Of a DNA stretch of 64,000 nucleotides, positions 36,020 to 45,185 are shown piece after piece. The position numbers were made by a program, and so were the translations under genes. This stretch comes from Bacteroidales bacterium. Lineage in GTDB: Bacteria > Bacteroidota > Bacteroidia > Bacteroidales > VadinHA17. The stretch spans positions 1 to 64,000 of the forward strand of contig JALVJE010000138.1 in the NCBI GenBank assembly GCA_027028505.1, in the 5' to 3' direction. The first letter of the stretch is position 1; each line of letters begins with the position of its first letter. The notes under the pieces were generated by a model, which was given only the letters and a program-made list of their open reading frames with translations, was not told where the DNA came from and did no database searches.

Positions 36020-37812
36020 TTCCCTCCTCCCCCATATTCAGTTATCACCCCCTCGTTCCCGTTCCGTCTGACGGTAAAACAGCTTACGGCCACGACCTCT
36101 CGTCCTTTTGCCGTTAAGCCTGTTACGCGGATGATATAATCACCACTCAGGTCGCTGCTGAAAAAGGAGAGTGTTTTCACCTGATCCTTTTTCAACACCA
36201 GGTCCGGTTGCCAGCAAAGCAGTTGCCGCAGGTCAGGGACCCTTCCCTCTTTCCCCTGCGGATCCTCATAGCGCGGCATGATCATACCGGAGGGAGCCGC
36301 AGGGGCTTCCATCTTCAGGGTCAGCACATCGGCAGGGAAGCGATACCGGTCCAATGCATGGTTCGTGGAGAAGACCGCCACAATACCGTTGAAACGCACA
36401 TCCCCGCAAAACCACAGCTTTTCCATGAGCTCAATTCTCCGGATATCGCCACTGGCCAAAGACATCAACTGGGTGGGATCTTTCACCGGGACACCGTCCA
36501 GAAAAACGGTGGCATTTTCCCGGAAAAAGACCCTTTCCTTTTCATTATAGACCCTTACCTCAAAACCATCGCCATTCTTTCGGATCTTGAGATAAGGAAC
36601 GATCTCTTTGGCGATCTCGGGCAGATCACGCAAGGGAACATATTCGGACGGCAGCAACGTGAAATCAGGACGGGAATAGATCACTGGCCGGGTCTCCTGA
36701 ACTTTCCATCTTCTTTTTTCCGGATGCACGTACTTACTGCCATAGATCTTCCGGACCCCGACGATCTTCTGGCTTTTCAGAAGATATTCCCGGATATTAC
36801 CGGAAAAATGAACAACTGTCGGCCGGTAAGCTTCCCGGATCCGGTACTTATCATCCGGAACGATCTTTTTCCCCGGGGATCCTGCCGGCATCAGGATGAT
36901 CTTTTTGCCCAGGCAGTGATCATTCAGCAGCAGGCGGAACATGCCGGTACTGTCCGTCACGGCATAATCCAGATTGATCAGTGTATCGGGCACGGAGAGC
37001 AGTACATAAGCCCCTTTGGCAGGTTTCCCGTCTTCGTCATACACCGTCCCCCGCAGGATGTAACCCCGGCTTTCCGGAAGATATCTCCGGCCCGTCATTG
37101 GATCCACAGACCGCTCCGGGGGATCCGTTCCCTTTGCTCCCTCTCCCGGACGTTTAGGCTCCTCAGTGAAAAAAGCAGGCTCCTCAGCCACCGACACCGA
37201 GACAAAAGCCACCGGATCCGCCTCCCCGGCATCATACCTGATCTCCATCCCGATCCTCTCCCGGCATCCATATATTTTTTTTTCTGTAGCCACAGAGAGT
37301 CCCCCCGCCAGCACACCGGAAATATTCCCGTAAATTTCAACAGAGGAGGTGTCTTCCTTTTTCCCCGTATATTTCAGGAGAGCAGTCAGACCTTTGTCAA
37401 AACGGTTGGCTACAAAGATCTCCTGTGTGGCAAAACTTTCAGCCCCCTCATTCCGCATCGCATTCGTATAGGCCAGCAGTTGGTACATACCGGTGCTGAG
37501 CGTATCCGGCAGATAGACATCCCCCCAGGCCCTGTCCCCGTATATCCGTACCAGGGAGTGGGTAATCACACGGCTCCGGGCATTGCGCAACACCAGGTAA
37601 ACGAACTCCCCGTTGCCGGATACCGTATCTTTCGGATCTGTCATATACAGCTTATAGAACATATTCTCTCCGGCCACATACACCTTACGGTCGGTCTGCA
37701 GGAGGATCCTGCCATCTCCGGAGAACGGGGGCCCGTCTGACGGCCACCCTTTCCAGGGGACCGCAGTAAAGAGGAGAGTAAAAAACAATATTCTGAGAAG
37801 GTTTATCATCAA
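36016..37812 (-). CDS. Secreted multidomain protein with N-terminal macroglobulin MG2-like domain and a carboxypeptidase-regulatory-like domain
   Basis: Signal peptide. LLQTDRKVYVAGENMFYKLYM resembles the MG-domain signature (QTD+P.Y+PGE.V.F+). RGTVYDEDGKPAKGAYVLLSV..TDSTGMFRL resembles a CarbopepD_reg-like domain. Confidence 0.45.
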   Translation of the reverse strand: MMINLLRILFFTLLFTAVPWKGWPSDGPPFSGDGRILLQTDRKVYVAGENMFYKLYMTDPKDTVSGNGEFVYLVLRNARSRVITHSLVRIYGDRAWGDVYLPDTLSTGMYQLLAYTNAMRNEGAESFATQEIFVANRFDKGLTALLKYTGKKEDTSSVEIYGNISGVLAGGLSVATEKKIYGCRERIGMEIRYDAGEADPVAFVSVSVAEEPAFFTEEPKRPGEGAKGTDPPERSVDPMTGRRYLPESRGYILRGTVYDEDGKPAKGAYVLLSVPDTLINLDYAVTDSTGMFRLLLNDHCLGKKIILMPAGSPGKKIVPDDKYRIREAYRPTVVHFSGNIREYLLKSQKIVGVRKIYGSKYVHPEKRRWKVQETRPVIYSRPDFTLLPSEYVPLRDLPEIAKEIVPYLKIRKNGDGFEVRVYNEKERVFFRENATVFLDGVPVKDPTQLMSLASGDIRRIELMEKLWFCGDVRFNGIVAVFSTNHALDRYRFPADVLTLKMEAPAAPSGMIMPRYEDPQGKEGRVPDLRQLLCWQPDLVLKKDQVKTLSFFSSDLSGDYIIRVTGLTAKGREVVAVSCFTVRRNGNEGVITEYGGGGK

Positions 37813-37824
37813 CTGTTTTTATCA

Positions 37825-38922
37825 TTAATGCCCCCCGGAGACCCAGAAGGGAGGATGTTCATTTTTTAAGTAACCATATTTCGGCACCCATCTGAGCGAA
37901 GGGGTTTCCTTAAAGGTCAGCGGTTTTCCGATCCCGTGATCCATTACCTGGAAAGCATAAGAGGCTAGGGAAGACACTTCAAAGAAGCCTGTGACCTTTT
38001 TTTTCGGTTGTGATGTACAGGATATATTGCGGGGCAACCGGGAGGCAATGGGGTCGAACATTTTTCCTTCCGCCTCCAGTAATTTTTTCATGGCTGCATA
38101 ATACTCCTCTGCATCCCGGTTCAGCCGGTACTGGTCGATCATGAGCACGAACGCATTCATACCTCCCACGTAAGGAGGATAGGGCCATCGCTGATCAAAA
38201 CCATAATACCTGGCATCGAAAGGGAAAAAACACAGGTCATGCAACATCTCCCCGGACGCCACGGGAAAATCAGAGCCGGTGATGCTCAGAACGGTCGGGA
38301 ACTCTTCCCGGCTCCAGATATAATAGGAGGGCGGGATCAGCTGATCTTCATCCATTGCAACGTACTGGACATATAAAGAATATACCAGGCGAAAAGATTT
38401 TGCGCTATCCGGCAGATCCCGGTATCCCAGGTGGATACTCCCTCCTTTATAGTAGTGATAATAGACCGTCCCGCTGTTGCCTGTGAAAGGGTATTCTTTG
38501 ATCGCCGACTCCCCGTAAATGGTATCAAGGGTGTGTGAAGGCATCATCGGCTGGGGTGTGGACCGGTATTCTTCGCCCTCGCTGCGGATCACCAGGGTGT
38601 ACGTATGTCCGGCCCGCACCGGCAGGGAAGAAGCATCATAGACACCCTGCCCGCTCTCCCGCAAGTCCCAGACTGCGCTGTCGTTATCCAGAACGGTTAC
38701 GGCGGCTCCGTATACAGGCACCGGCTGCCCCTCCGGCTCATCATAAGGCGTAGCCAGACTCAGAGTGACCCGGCACATGCCCGCATCGGTCAACAGGCCG
38801 TCCACCACCAGGATCTCTTCGTCAGCCGTCACCCGGGGATCATAGATCTCCTGACAGGACACTATCACCACCACCGGCAGCAGCCACAGAAGAGATCTTA
38901 ATATTTTGTTCTTTCCCCTCAT
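37825..38922 (-). CDS. Lipoprotein, DUF4249-like (partner of adjacent TonB-dependent receptor)
   Basis: Start moved to the internal Met (MRGKNKILRSLLWLLPVVVIVSC, lipobox), 4 nt downstream of the TBDR stop. The ORF-track start at 39066 would overlap the receptor gene by 140 nt. Confidence 0.45.
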   Translation of the reverse strand: MRGKNKILRSLLWLLPVVVIVSCQEIYDPRVTADEEILVVDGLLTDAGMCRVTLSLATPYDEPEGQPVPVYGAAVTVLDNDSAVWDLRESGQGVYDASSLPVRAGHTYTLVIRSEGEEYRSTPQPMMPSHTLDTIYGESAIKEYPFTGNSGTVYYHYYKGGSIHLGYRDLPDSAKSFRLVYSLYVQYVAMDEDQLIPPSYYIWSREEFPTVLSITGSDFPVASGEMLHDLCFFPFDARYYGFDQRWPYPPYVGGMNAFVLMIDQYRLNRDAEEYYAAMKKLLEAEGKMFDPIASRLPRNISCTSQPKKKVTGFFEVSSLASYAFQVMDHGIGKPLTFKETPSLRWVPKYGYLKNEHPPFWVSGGH

Positions 38923-38926
38923 CCGT

Positions 38927-41659
38927 TCAGAATGTAAAGTTATAGGTGATCGTGGGCAACGGTTTTCCCAGGATATACAGTTTATAGAGGCTGTATCTGC
39001 GGTAATCGTTCTCCGCATCAGGCTCGCTGCTGCTGTAAAAGACCGAATAGGCGTTTTTTCTGCCATACACGTTCAGCACCGAGAAAGTCCAGCTTCCTTT
39101 CCATTTTTTTTTCAGCCGCAGGCTCTCATCCAGTGAGATGGAGAGGTCGAGACGGTGGTAATCGGGCAGGCGGTATTTGTTCCGGTCGGAAAAATAGACC
39201 AACTGATAGCCATGGTATCCGTACTTGTATTCAGGCAGGGTCACCGGACGGCCGGTACTGTAAGTAAAGACCCCGGCCACCCGCCAGCGCCGTGAGAGAT
39301 GATACCCGGCATTGATCACCAGGTTGTGGGGTTTGTCGAAAGTGGCCGGATAGTACCGGTTGGCATTGACCTGCTCCGAGGGCCAGGAGCCGGTGGTACG
39401 CACAAAAGAGCGGGAAAACGTGTAGCTGATCCACCCCGTCAGCAGCCCTGTATTTTTTTTGACAAAAAGCTCCAGACCATAACCATACCCCCGGGCATTG
39501 ACCAGGTCCGTTTCGAGCTGTGGGTTCATCAGGATCTGTGCTCCGTTCTTGTATTCCATGAGATGCGGCATGTTCTTGTAATACGCTTCCACGGACATTT
39601 CCAGGGCATTCTGAAAGAAGTTCCTGAAATATCCGGCCGCATACTGGTCCACGGTCACCGGTTTGAAATAGGTATCGCTGAGCTTCCATACATCTGAGGG
39701 CACCATGATGGCTGTCACGGAGATCAGGTTGATATACTGGCGCATGCGTGTGTAGCTGATCTTGACCGAGCTGTTGGCGGGTAGCAAATATCGCAGGAGA
39801 AGGCGTGGCTCCGGACCCATATAGGTCTGTACGGCCTTCTTACCCGGATAATGCAGCGTGTCGGTCACACTGCCGGGGGTGAGAGGCACCCCCTCGAGAT
39901 ATTGGTACACCTCGCGGGGAGCCTGCAGGCCGTACAAGGTAAAACGCAGTCCTGCCGTGATCTCCAGCTTCGGCAGGAGTTTGATCTTATCACTCAGGAA
40001 CAACGATCCCTCCCGGCCTTTCTCCCGGGGCACCTCCTCCGGGATCACCTGCGACCCTTCCCCGTAGGGAGAGAGGGTGCCGGGCTGCACATCATACCCT
40101 GCCAGGTTAAAACCCATCTCCAGCGAATGTTTCTCATGGGGTTTCCAGAAAAGGTTGCCCCGCACGGCTTTATACCCCGTGAACATCGTCATCTCATAGC
40201 CGGCCAGGGGATCGAGGGTGTCGAGGCCTGTTGTGCTGTAATCATAGTTGCTGAGGCCTGCCTCCAGCGAAAAGTAAAGATTCCCGGAAAAGATATGTTT
40301 CCACCGTACCGACCCCAGGAGGTTGCTGTAGTGGTAGTTGTCGTTGTTGCTGAACCCAAAGCGGTCGGCGCTGTAATAAGCGAAGAGGGAGATCTTGTTG
40401 CGGGTGTTCAGGTTGATGCGCAACAGACCGTTCAGATCATAGAAGCCTGCCGAGCTGTGACGCAGCTCCTCGTCGGGCATTTGTTTCAGCAGCCAGTCGG
40501 AATAGGAGGTCCTGCCCCCCACGAAGAGCTGCACCTTTTTCTTGAACAATGGTATAGCCAGGGAGAGGCGTGTGCTGAGCAGGCCGATGCCTCCCTGTGC
40601 CCGCACCCTGTCAGGTTCTTCAGCCGTTCCCATGTGTATGTCCATGACCGAGGAGGCACGCTCGCCGTAAGAGGCGGGGATGCCAGCTTTCATGAGGGTC
40701 AGGTCTTTCACGCCGTCTGCATTGATGGCCGAGATCAGTCCGAACACATGGGAAGTGTTCCACAGGGGCATCCCCTCCAGCAACACCAGGTTCTGCCCCG
40801 TATTGCCTCCCCGCACCACAAAACCGGAACCGAACTCGCCGGGCGTCTGCACCCCCGGCAACAGGGCCATCGACTTAAGTATATCTTTCTCTCCCAGCGC
40901 CACCGGCAGCTCTTTGATCGTCCGCGAGGACATGCTCACCATGCCCATCTGCACACCGGTAACGTTCTGTTCGGCACGCTTCAGGGTGATGACCACATCG
41001 CCCAGATGCACCGGTTTCTCGAAGATCTCAAAATCCACTTTCCCGTCACTCACCAGCCGGATCTTCTCCTGCGACTCTTCATAGCCCATATACGTGAGGG
41101 TGAGATCATGATCTCCCACGGGCAGGGTCATACGGAATTTGCCGTAACGGTCGGTGGTGACCCCTTTTTTGAGATCCCGCTCATAGATCGCCGCCCCGGC
41201 CAGGGGAGCGCCTGTTTTCCCGTCGGTGATCTTCCCGGAGAAGGTCGCCTCGGAATATTTGCCATACTCACGCAGGTCACCCACCACTTTCCGGGTATTG
41301 GAGACATTCCGCTCCATACCGGTTGATCCGGAGGGAACAAATATGTACATCGAATCGATGACCTCCGCGGTGTACCCTGTTCTCTCACTGATCCTGTACA
41401 GTATTTCAGGCAATAGAAGGTCTATCGTACTGATATGGAATTTCACCTCCCTGAACCATTCGGGTCTGAAAAAGAAACGCACTCCCTCTTTTTTCTCGAT
41501 CCTTCCGATCATCTCCTCAAAGGGGATATAGCTGCCTGCGCCGGTATTTTGCTGGGCACGGACCTCTCCCGGAGGGAGGACAAGGAAGATCAGCAATAAG
41601 CTGATCACAAACGGCATCATGCCTGAAACAGGCTGTTCACGCAGACGGGATCGCATCAT
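38927..41659 (-). CDS. TonB-dependent receptor with an extra N-terminal (STN/signalling-like) domain preceding the carboxypeptidase-regulatory-like domain and plug
   Basis: 910 aa. Signal peptide, then ~100 aa N-terminal extension (..IPFEEMIGRIEKKEGVRFFFRPEW..IDLLLPEILYRISERTGYTAEVID..), then CarbopepD_reg-like (SGKITDGKTGAPLAGAAIYER..GKFRMTL), then plug (LPGVQTPGEFGSGFVVRGGNTGQNLVLLEGMPLWN), then barrel ending ..ITYNFTF. Confidence 0.8.
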   Translation of the reverse strand: MMRSRLREQPVSGMMPFVISLLLIFLVLPPGEVRAQQNTGAGSYIPFEEMIGRIEKKEGVRFFFRPEWFREVKFHISTIDLLLPEILYRISERTGYTAEVIDSMYIFVPSGSTGMERNVSNTRKVVGDLREYGKYSEATFSGKITDGKTGAPLAGAAIYERDLKKGVTTDRYGKFRMTLPVGDHDLTLTYMGYEESQEKIRLVSDGKVDFEIFEKPVHLGDVVITLKRAEQNVTGVQMGMVSMSSRTIKELPVALGEKDILKSMALLPGVQTPGEFGSGFVVRGGNTGQNLVLLEGMPLWNTSHVFGLISAINADGVKDLTLMKAGIPASYGERASSVMDIHMGTAEEPDRVRAQGGIGLLSTRLSLAIPLFKKKVQLFVGGRTSYSDWLLKQMPDEELRHSSAGFYDLNGLLRINLNTRNKISLFAYYSADRFGFSNNDNYHYSNLLGSVRWKHIFSGNLYFSLEAGLSNYDYSTTGLDTLDPLAGYEMTMFTGYKAVRGNLFWKPHEKHSLEMGFNLAGYDVQPGTLSPYGEGSQVIPEEVPREKGREGSLFLSDKIKLLPKLEITAGLRFTLYGLQAPREVYQYLEGVPLTPGSVTDTLHYPGKKAVQTYMGPEPRLLLRYLLPANSSVKISYTRMRQYINLISVTAIMVPSDVWKLSDTYFKPVTVDQYAAGYFRNFFQNALEMSVEAYYKNMPHLMEYKNGAQILMNPQLETDLVNARGYGYGLELFVKKNTGLLTGWISYTFSRSFVRTTGSWPSEQVNANRYYPATFDKPHNLVINAGYHLSRRWRVAGVFTYSTGRPVTLPEYKYGYHGYQLVYFSDRNKYRLPDYHRLDLSISLDESLRLKKKWKGSWTFSVLNVYGRKNAYSVFYSSSEPDAENDYRRYSLYKLYILGKPLPTITYNFTF

Positions 41660-41750
41660 CGGTATATCCTGAAAACACTAAGCCAAAAGAAAAGGCCTGT
41701 TATTTGACCTTTTTCAGGAGCAGTTTGTTCCTGAGGCCCCAAGATAAGAA

Positions 41751-43283
41751 TTATTCAGGAAGCTTCACCCCCGGGATCTCCTCCCAGGCGTTGTCTTTCA
41801 GCCCCATCACCTTTCTTCCTTCCACCCGCAGGTCATCATATTCGATGGGGATGATCACACCTCCTCTGTCGTCGATCACGCCTTTTTTATCGTCCAGCGT
41901 CACCAGACAGTACCCTCTGTAACAATGGATCCTGTCGTACTGCGGGTCGGTGACCAGATCACCATCGAGGGAGGCAGCGCCCTGCCGGTCACCCTGCGTA
42001 AGGATAAAATAGGCTCCTTCCCTTTTCACATGATCATAGAATACGGGGATGATCTCATTCCCGGACAGATCATACACTCCCGTTTCTCCGTCCTTTTTTA
42101 CCCGGAACCAGCCTCCTTCCCGGATCACCTCATCATATTCCGCCGGCAGAATCACATTTCCCGAGAGGTCGTAGATGCCTGTTTTACCCTCTTTTGTCAC
42201 CCGGAACCAGCCCGACTCGCGGGTAACTTTATCACACACTGCAGGAACAATGATATTCCCAGAAAGATCAAAGATCCCCGTTTTCCCGTCCTTCACCACA
42301 CGGAACCAGCCCGATTCCCGGGTAATTTCATCATATACCTTCGGGATCACAACATTTCCTGAAAGATCATAGATCCCTGTTTTTCCATCCTTCGTCACCC
42401 GGAACCAGCCCGACTCGCGGGTAATATTGTCACATACCGCCGGAACGATGATATTCCCGGAAAGATCATAGACCCCCATTTTCCCCTCCTTCACAATCAG
42501 GAACCACCCGGACTCTCTCCTGATCTCATCATACACAGCAGGGATGACAATATTTCCCGACAGATCAAATATACCGGTCTTCCCGCCTTTCATGACCCGG
42601 AACCAGCCTGATTCTCTTCTGATCTCATCATACACAGGAGGAATGACCGTATTCCCCGAAAGATCGTAAATACCGGTCTTCCCGCCCTTCATGACCCGGA
42701 ACCACCCCGATTCCCTTTTGACGCTATCAAATGCCGGAGGGATAACAGTATTTCCCGAAAGATCACAGATGCCGGTCTTTCCGTCCCTGACCACCCGGTA
42801 CCATCCCGATTCTCTTTTGATCTCATCATACGTAGGAGGAATGACCGCATTCCCCGAAAGATCATAAATGCCCAGCCGGCCCTCTTTCGTCACGCGGAAC
42901 CAGGCCGAATTGCGCGTGATATTGTCATATTCCACGGGAATGATCCTGTTCCCCGAGAGGTCGTAAACCCCTTTTTTGCCCGCTTTTTTCACGATAAACC
43001 AGGCGCCGTTCCTGTCGATCTCCTTGAATTCCACCGGTACCACTATATTCCCTTTCAGGTCACAAACCCCGGCCGCCCCGTCACCGATGACGATAAAATC
43101 ATCCCTGAAACGCAGGATGGTATCATATTGGGGCGGGATGATCACATCTCCCCGGGCATTGAGGATGCCATATTTGCCCCCTTTCTCCAGCAGGGGAAAA
43201 TGGTCCGCATCGGTACCTTTGTATTGCTGAGCATACAGGGAAACCGGAAAAAGCAGAAGGAAAAGGATATAACGGAATTTCAT
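41751..43283 (-). CDS. Secreted WG-containing repeat (WG_beta_rep) protein, ~13 tandem ~35-aa repeats
   Basis: Signal peptide MKFRYILFLLLFPVSLYAQ. Repeated unit GIYDLSGNxVIPPxYDEIxRESGWFRVxKxGKT throughout. Confidence 0.75.
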   Translation of the reverse strand: MKFRYILFLLLFPVSLYAQQYKGTDADHFPLLEKGGKYGILNARGDVIIPPQYDTILRFRDDFIVIGDGAAGVCDLKGNIVVPVEFKEIDRNGAWFIVKKAGKKGVYDLSGNRIIPVEYDNITRNSAWFRVTKEGRLGIYDLSGNAVIPPTYDEIKRESGWYRVVRDGKTGICDLSGNTVIPPAFDSVKRESGWFRVMKGGKTGIYDLSGNTVIPPVYDEIRRESGWFRVMKGGKTGIFDLSGNIVIPAVYDEIRRESGWFLIVKEGKMGVYDLSGNIIVPAVCDNITRESGWFRVTKDGKTGIYDLSGNVVIPKVYDEITRESGWFRVVKDGKTGIFDLSGNIIVPAVCDKVTRESGWFRVTKEGKTGIYDLSGNVILPAEYDEVIREGGWFRVKKDGETGVYDLSGNEIIPVFYDHVKREGAYFILTQGDRQGAASLDGDLVTDPQYDRIHCYRGYCLVTLDDKKGVIDDRGGVIIPIEYDDLRVEGRKVMGLKDNAWEEIPGVKLPE

Positions 43284-43329
43284 TTTGAAAGGTTTTATCG
43301 GGTTATATTGTCATCACAATATACTTTTT

Positions 43330-43735
43330 TTTATGACGTTCCGGAACGAAAAAAGTTGCAAAGGGAAGCTCGAAGAGCGAAAGTCTAAAAGTCGAAGAGT
43401 GGAAAAAGTGGAAAAAGTGGAAAGAGCATTACAGGGCGTAGAGCAAAGAGCTAGTGTTATGTTAACCTTAAGATAACGCATTATATAGCCTGCCCGCCCC
43501 CCTGACCCCCTGAAGGGGGAACCCTCACCCACACTGGCTATTGATCTGTGGGCGGACTTCCCCTTTAGGGGACAGAGGGGGCGCGAAGGGTAAAAGGTGT
43601 ACTGGATGCGTCATAATTAAGTTGACATGACACTAAAGCTATGAGCAATGAGTTATGAGGAGAGCTACGAGCTACGAACCACGAACTACTAACTACGAAC
43701 TCGATACTCTCAACTCAAAACTAATTCTTATTTTT
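43330..43735. repeat. Composite short-word tandem repeat region (aagtcgaag / aagtggaaa, gagcaatgag, ctacgaac modules) with a hairpin-rich GC segment
   Basis: gaaagtctaaaagtcgaagagtggaaaaagtggaaaaagtggaaagagc; gagcaatgagttatgaggagagctacgagctacgaaccacgaactactaactacgaactc; hairpins cccctgaaggggg, cccacac..tgtggg, cccctttagggg. Confidence 0.55.
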
Positions 43736-43756
43736 GATGATCAAAGACTTCTAATC

Positions 43757-45175
43757 ATGAAACATATCTATCCTCTCCTGCTTTTTTTGCTTTTTTCCCT
43801 GCTCTTTGCCTGCCAGGCTCCGCGGACGAAGATCGCCTGTGTGGGTGACAGCATCACCTATGGCGCCGGCATCCGGGGGCGTGACAGTCTCAGCTATCCG
43901 GCACAGTTGCAGAAGATGCTGGGCGACCGCTATGAGGTGAAGAATTTCGGCCGGTCGGGCGCCACCCTGCTGTACCAGGGGGCTCATCCATATGTAAAAA
44001 CCGAAGAATACAAGGCCTCCCTCGACTTCCGGCCCGATATCGTCTTCATCATGCTGGGCACCAACGACACCCAGAAAAAAAGCAGGGCTCATCTTCGGGA
44101 CTTTGAGAAAGACTATGCCTCCTTGATCGCCTCCTACCGCCAACTTCCCTCCCACCCGCGTATCATCCTGCTCAAGCCCATTCCTGCCTTCAACTACGGC
44201 GATACGGTATGGATCTCTCCGGAGCTCATCACCCGCAGGATCCAGCCGTTGATGGAGAAGGTGGCTTTTGACAACCGCTGTGAGCTGGTGGATCTGTACC
44301 ACTGGTTCCTGGACAAAGCGGACCTGCTCTCCGACAAGGTGCATCCCACCGCTGCCGGCGCGCAGCGCATCGCTACGCGCCTGAAAGACTACCTCGCACT
44401 CGACACGGTGTCGTATGACATCCGGGAGGCCCTCCCCCTCCCTGTGCAGACCCGCAACTTTCACGGGTTTGAGATGAAGGATTCCCTGCTCGACAGCGTC
44501 CTTTACCGCATCGTGATGCCCCGTCATACGGCCCGGGGCAGGCCATGGGTGTGGCGGGCCCGTTTTTTCGGTCATGAGCCGCAGACCGACATCGCCCTGC
44601 TGGAACGGGGATACCATGTAGTGTATTATGATGTGGCAGGTCTTTTCGGCGCTCCCGGGGCGGTACAGCGGTGGGATCGTTTCTACGGCTGGCTGCAGCC
44701 GGCCGGTCTGGCACAGAGGGCTGCCCTGGAGGGCATGAGCCGCGGCGGACTGATCATCTACAACTGGGCCCTCCCCAATGCCGATAAGGTATGCTGTATC
44801 TACGGCGATGCACCGGTGCTGGACATACGCAGTTGGCCCGGCGGTAAAGGTCACGGCCGGGGCAGCCCCGCCGACTGGCAGGAGTGCATGAAGGTATATG
44901 GCTTCGCCACCGAAGAGGAGGCCCTGCAGTCCCGGGTGAGTCCTCTCGACCATGCCGCAGAGATCGCCGGTCTCGGCTTTCCCATGCTCCACATCGTAGG
45001 CGACGCGGACGACATCGTTCCGGTGGACGAGAACACCGGTCCTTTTGAGAAGATCATCAAAGACCATGGCGGCCGGATCACCGTCATCCACAAACCGGGC
45101 ATAGGTCACCATCCCCACAGCCTGCCCGACCCGGAGGTCATCGTTCATTTCATCACACAAAGTTGCAACCGTTAG
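43757..45175 (+). CDS. Bifunctional esterase lipoprotein: N-terminal SGNH/GDSL hydrolase + C-terminal alpha/beta-hydrolase domain (glycan O-acetylesterase-like)
   Basis: Lipoprotein signal MKHIYPLLLFLLFSLLFAC followed by GDSITYGAG (SGNH block I) ... GTND ... D..HPT. C-terminal half has an alpha/beta-hydrolase-like composition. The ORF-track start at 43655 reads through the tandem repeat array and is rejected. Confidence 0.7.
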   Translation: MKHIYPLLLFLLFSLLFACQAPRTKIACVGDSITYGAGIRGRDSLSYPAQLQKMLGDRYEVKNFGRSGATLLYQGAHPYVKTEEYKASLDFRPDIVFIMLGTNDTQKKSRAHLRDFEKDYASLIASYRQLPSHPRIILLKPIPAFNYGDTVWISPELITRRIQPLMEKVAFDNRCELVDLYHWFLDKADLLSDKVHPTAAGAQRIATRLKDYLALDTVSYDIREALPLPVQTRNFHGFEMKDSLLDSVLYRIVMPRHTARGRPWVWRARFFGHEPQTDIALLERGYHVVYYDVAGLFGAPGAVQRWDRFYGWLQPAGLAQRAALEGMSRGGLIIYNWALPNADKVCCIYGDAPVLDIRSWPGGKGHGRGSPADWQECMKVYGFATEEEALQSRVSPLDHAAEIAGLGFPMLHIVGDADDIVPVDENTGPFEKIIKDHGGRITVIHKPGIGHHPHSLPDPEVIVHFITQSCNR

Positions 45176-45185
45176 ATCCTTTGCC

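Noticed and set aside
36208-37740. 510-aa plus-strand ORF
   Set aside because: Antisense to the MG2-like secreted protein gene. The sense gene has a signal peptide and domain-like motifs.
39851-41326. 491-aa plus-strand ORF
   Set aside because: Antisense to the TonB-dependent receptor gene.
43440-43640. Possible tRNA/tmRNA or riboswitch in the hairpin-rich spacer
   Set aside because: No cloverleaf-compatible arrangement, no CCA/T-loop (GTTCRANYC) motif and no B12/SAM/TPP-box consensus was found. Retained only as an unclassified structured region in the findings.
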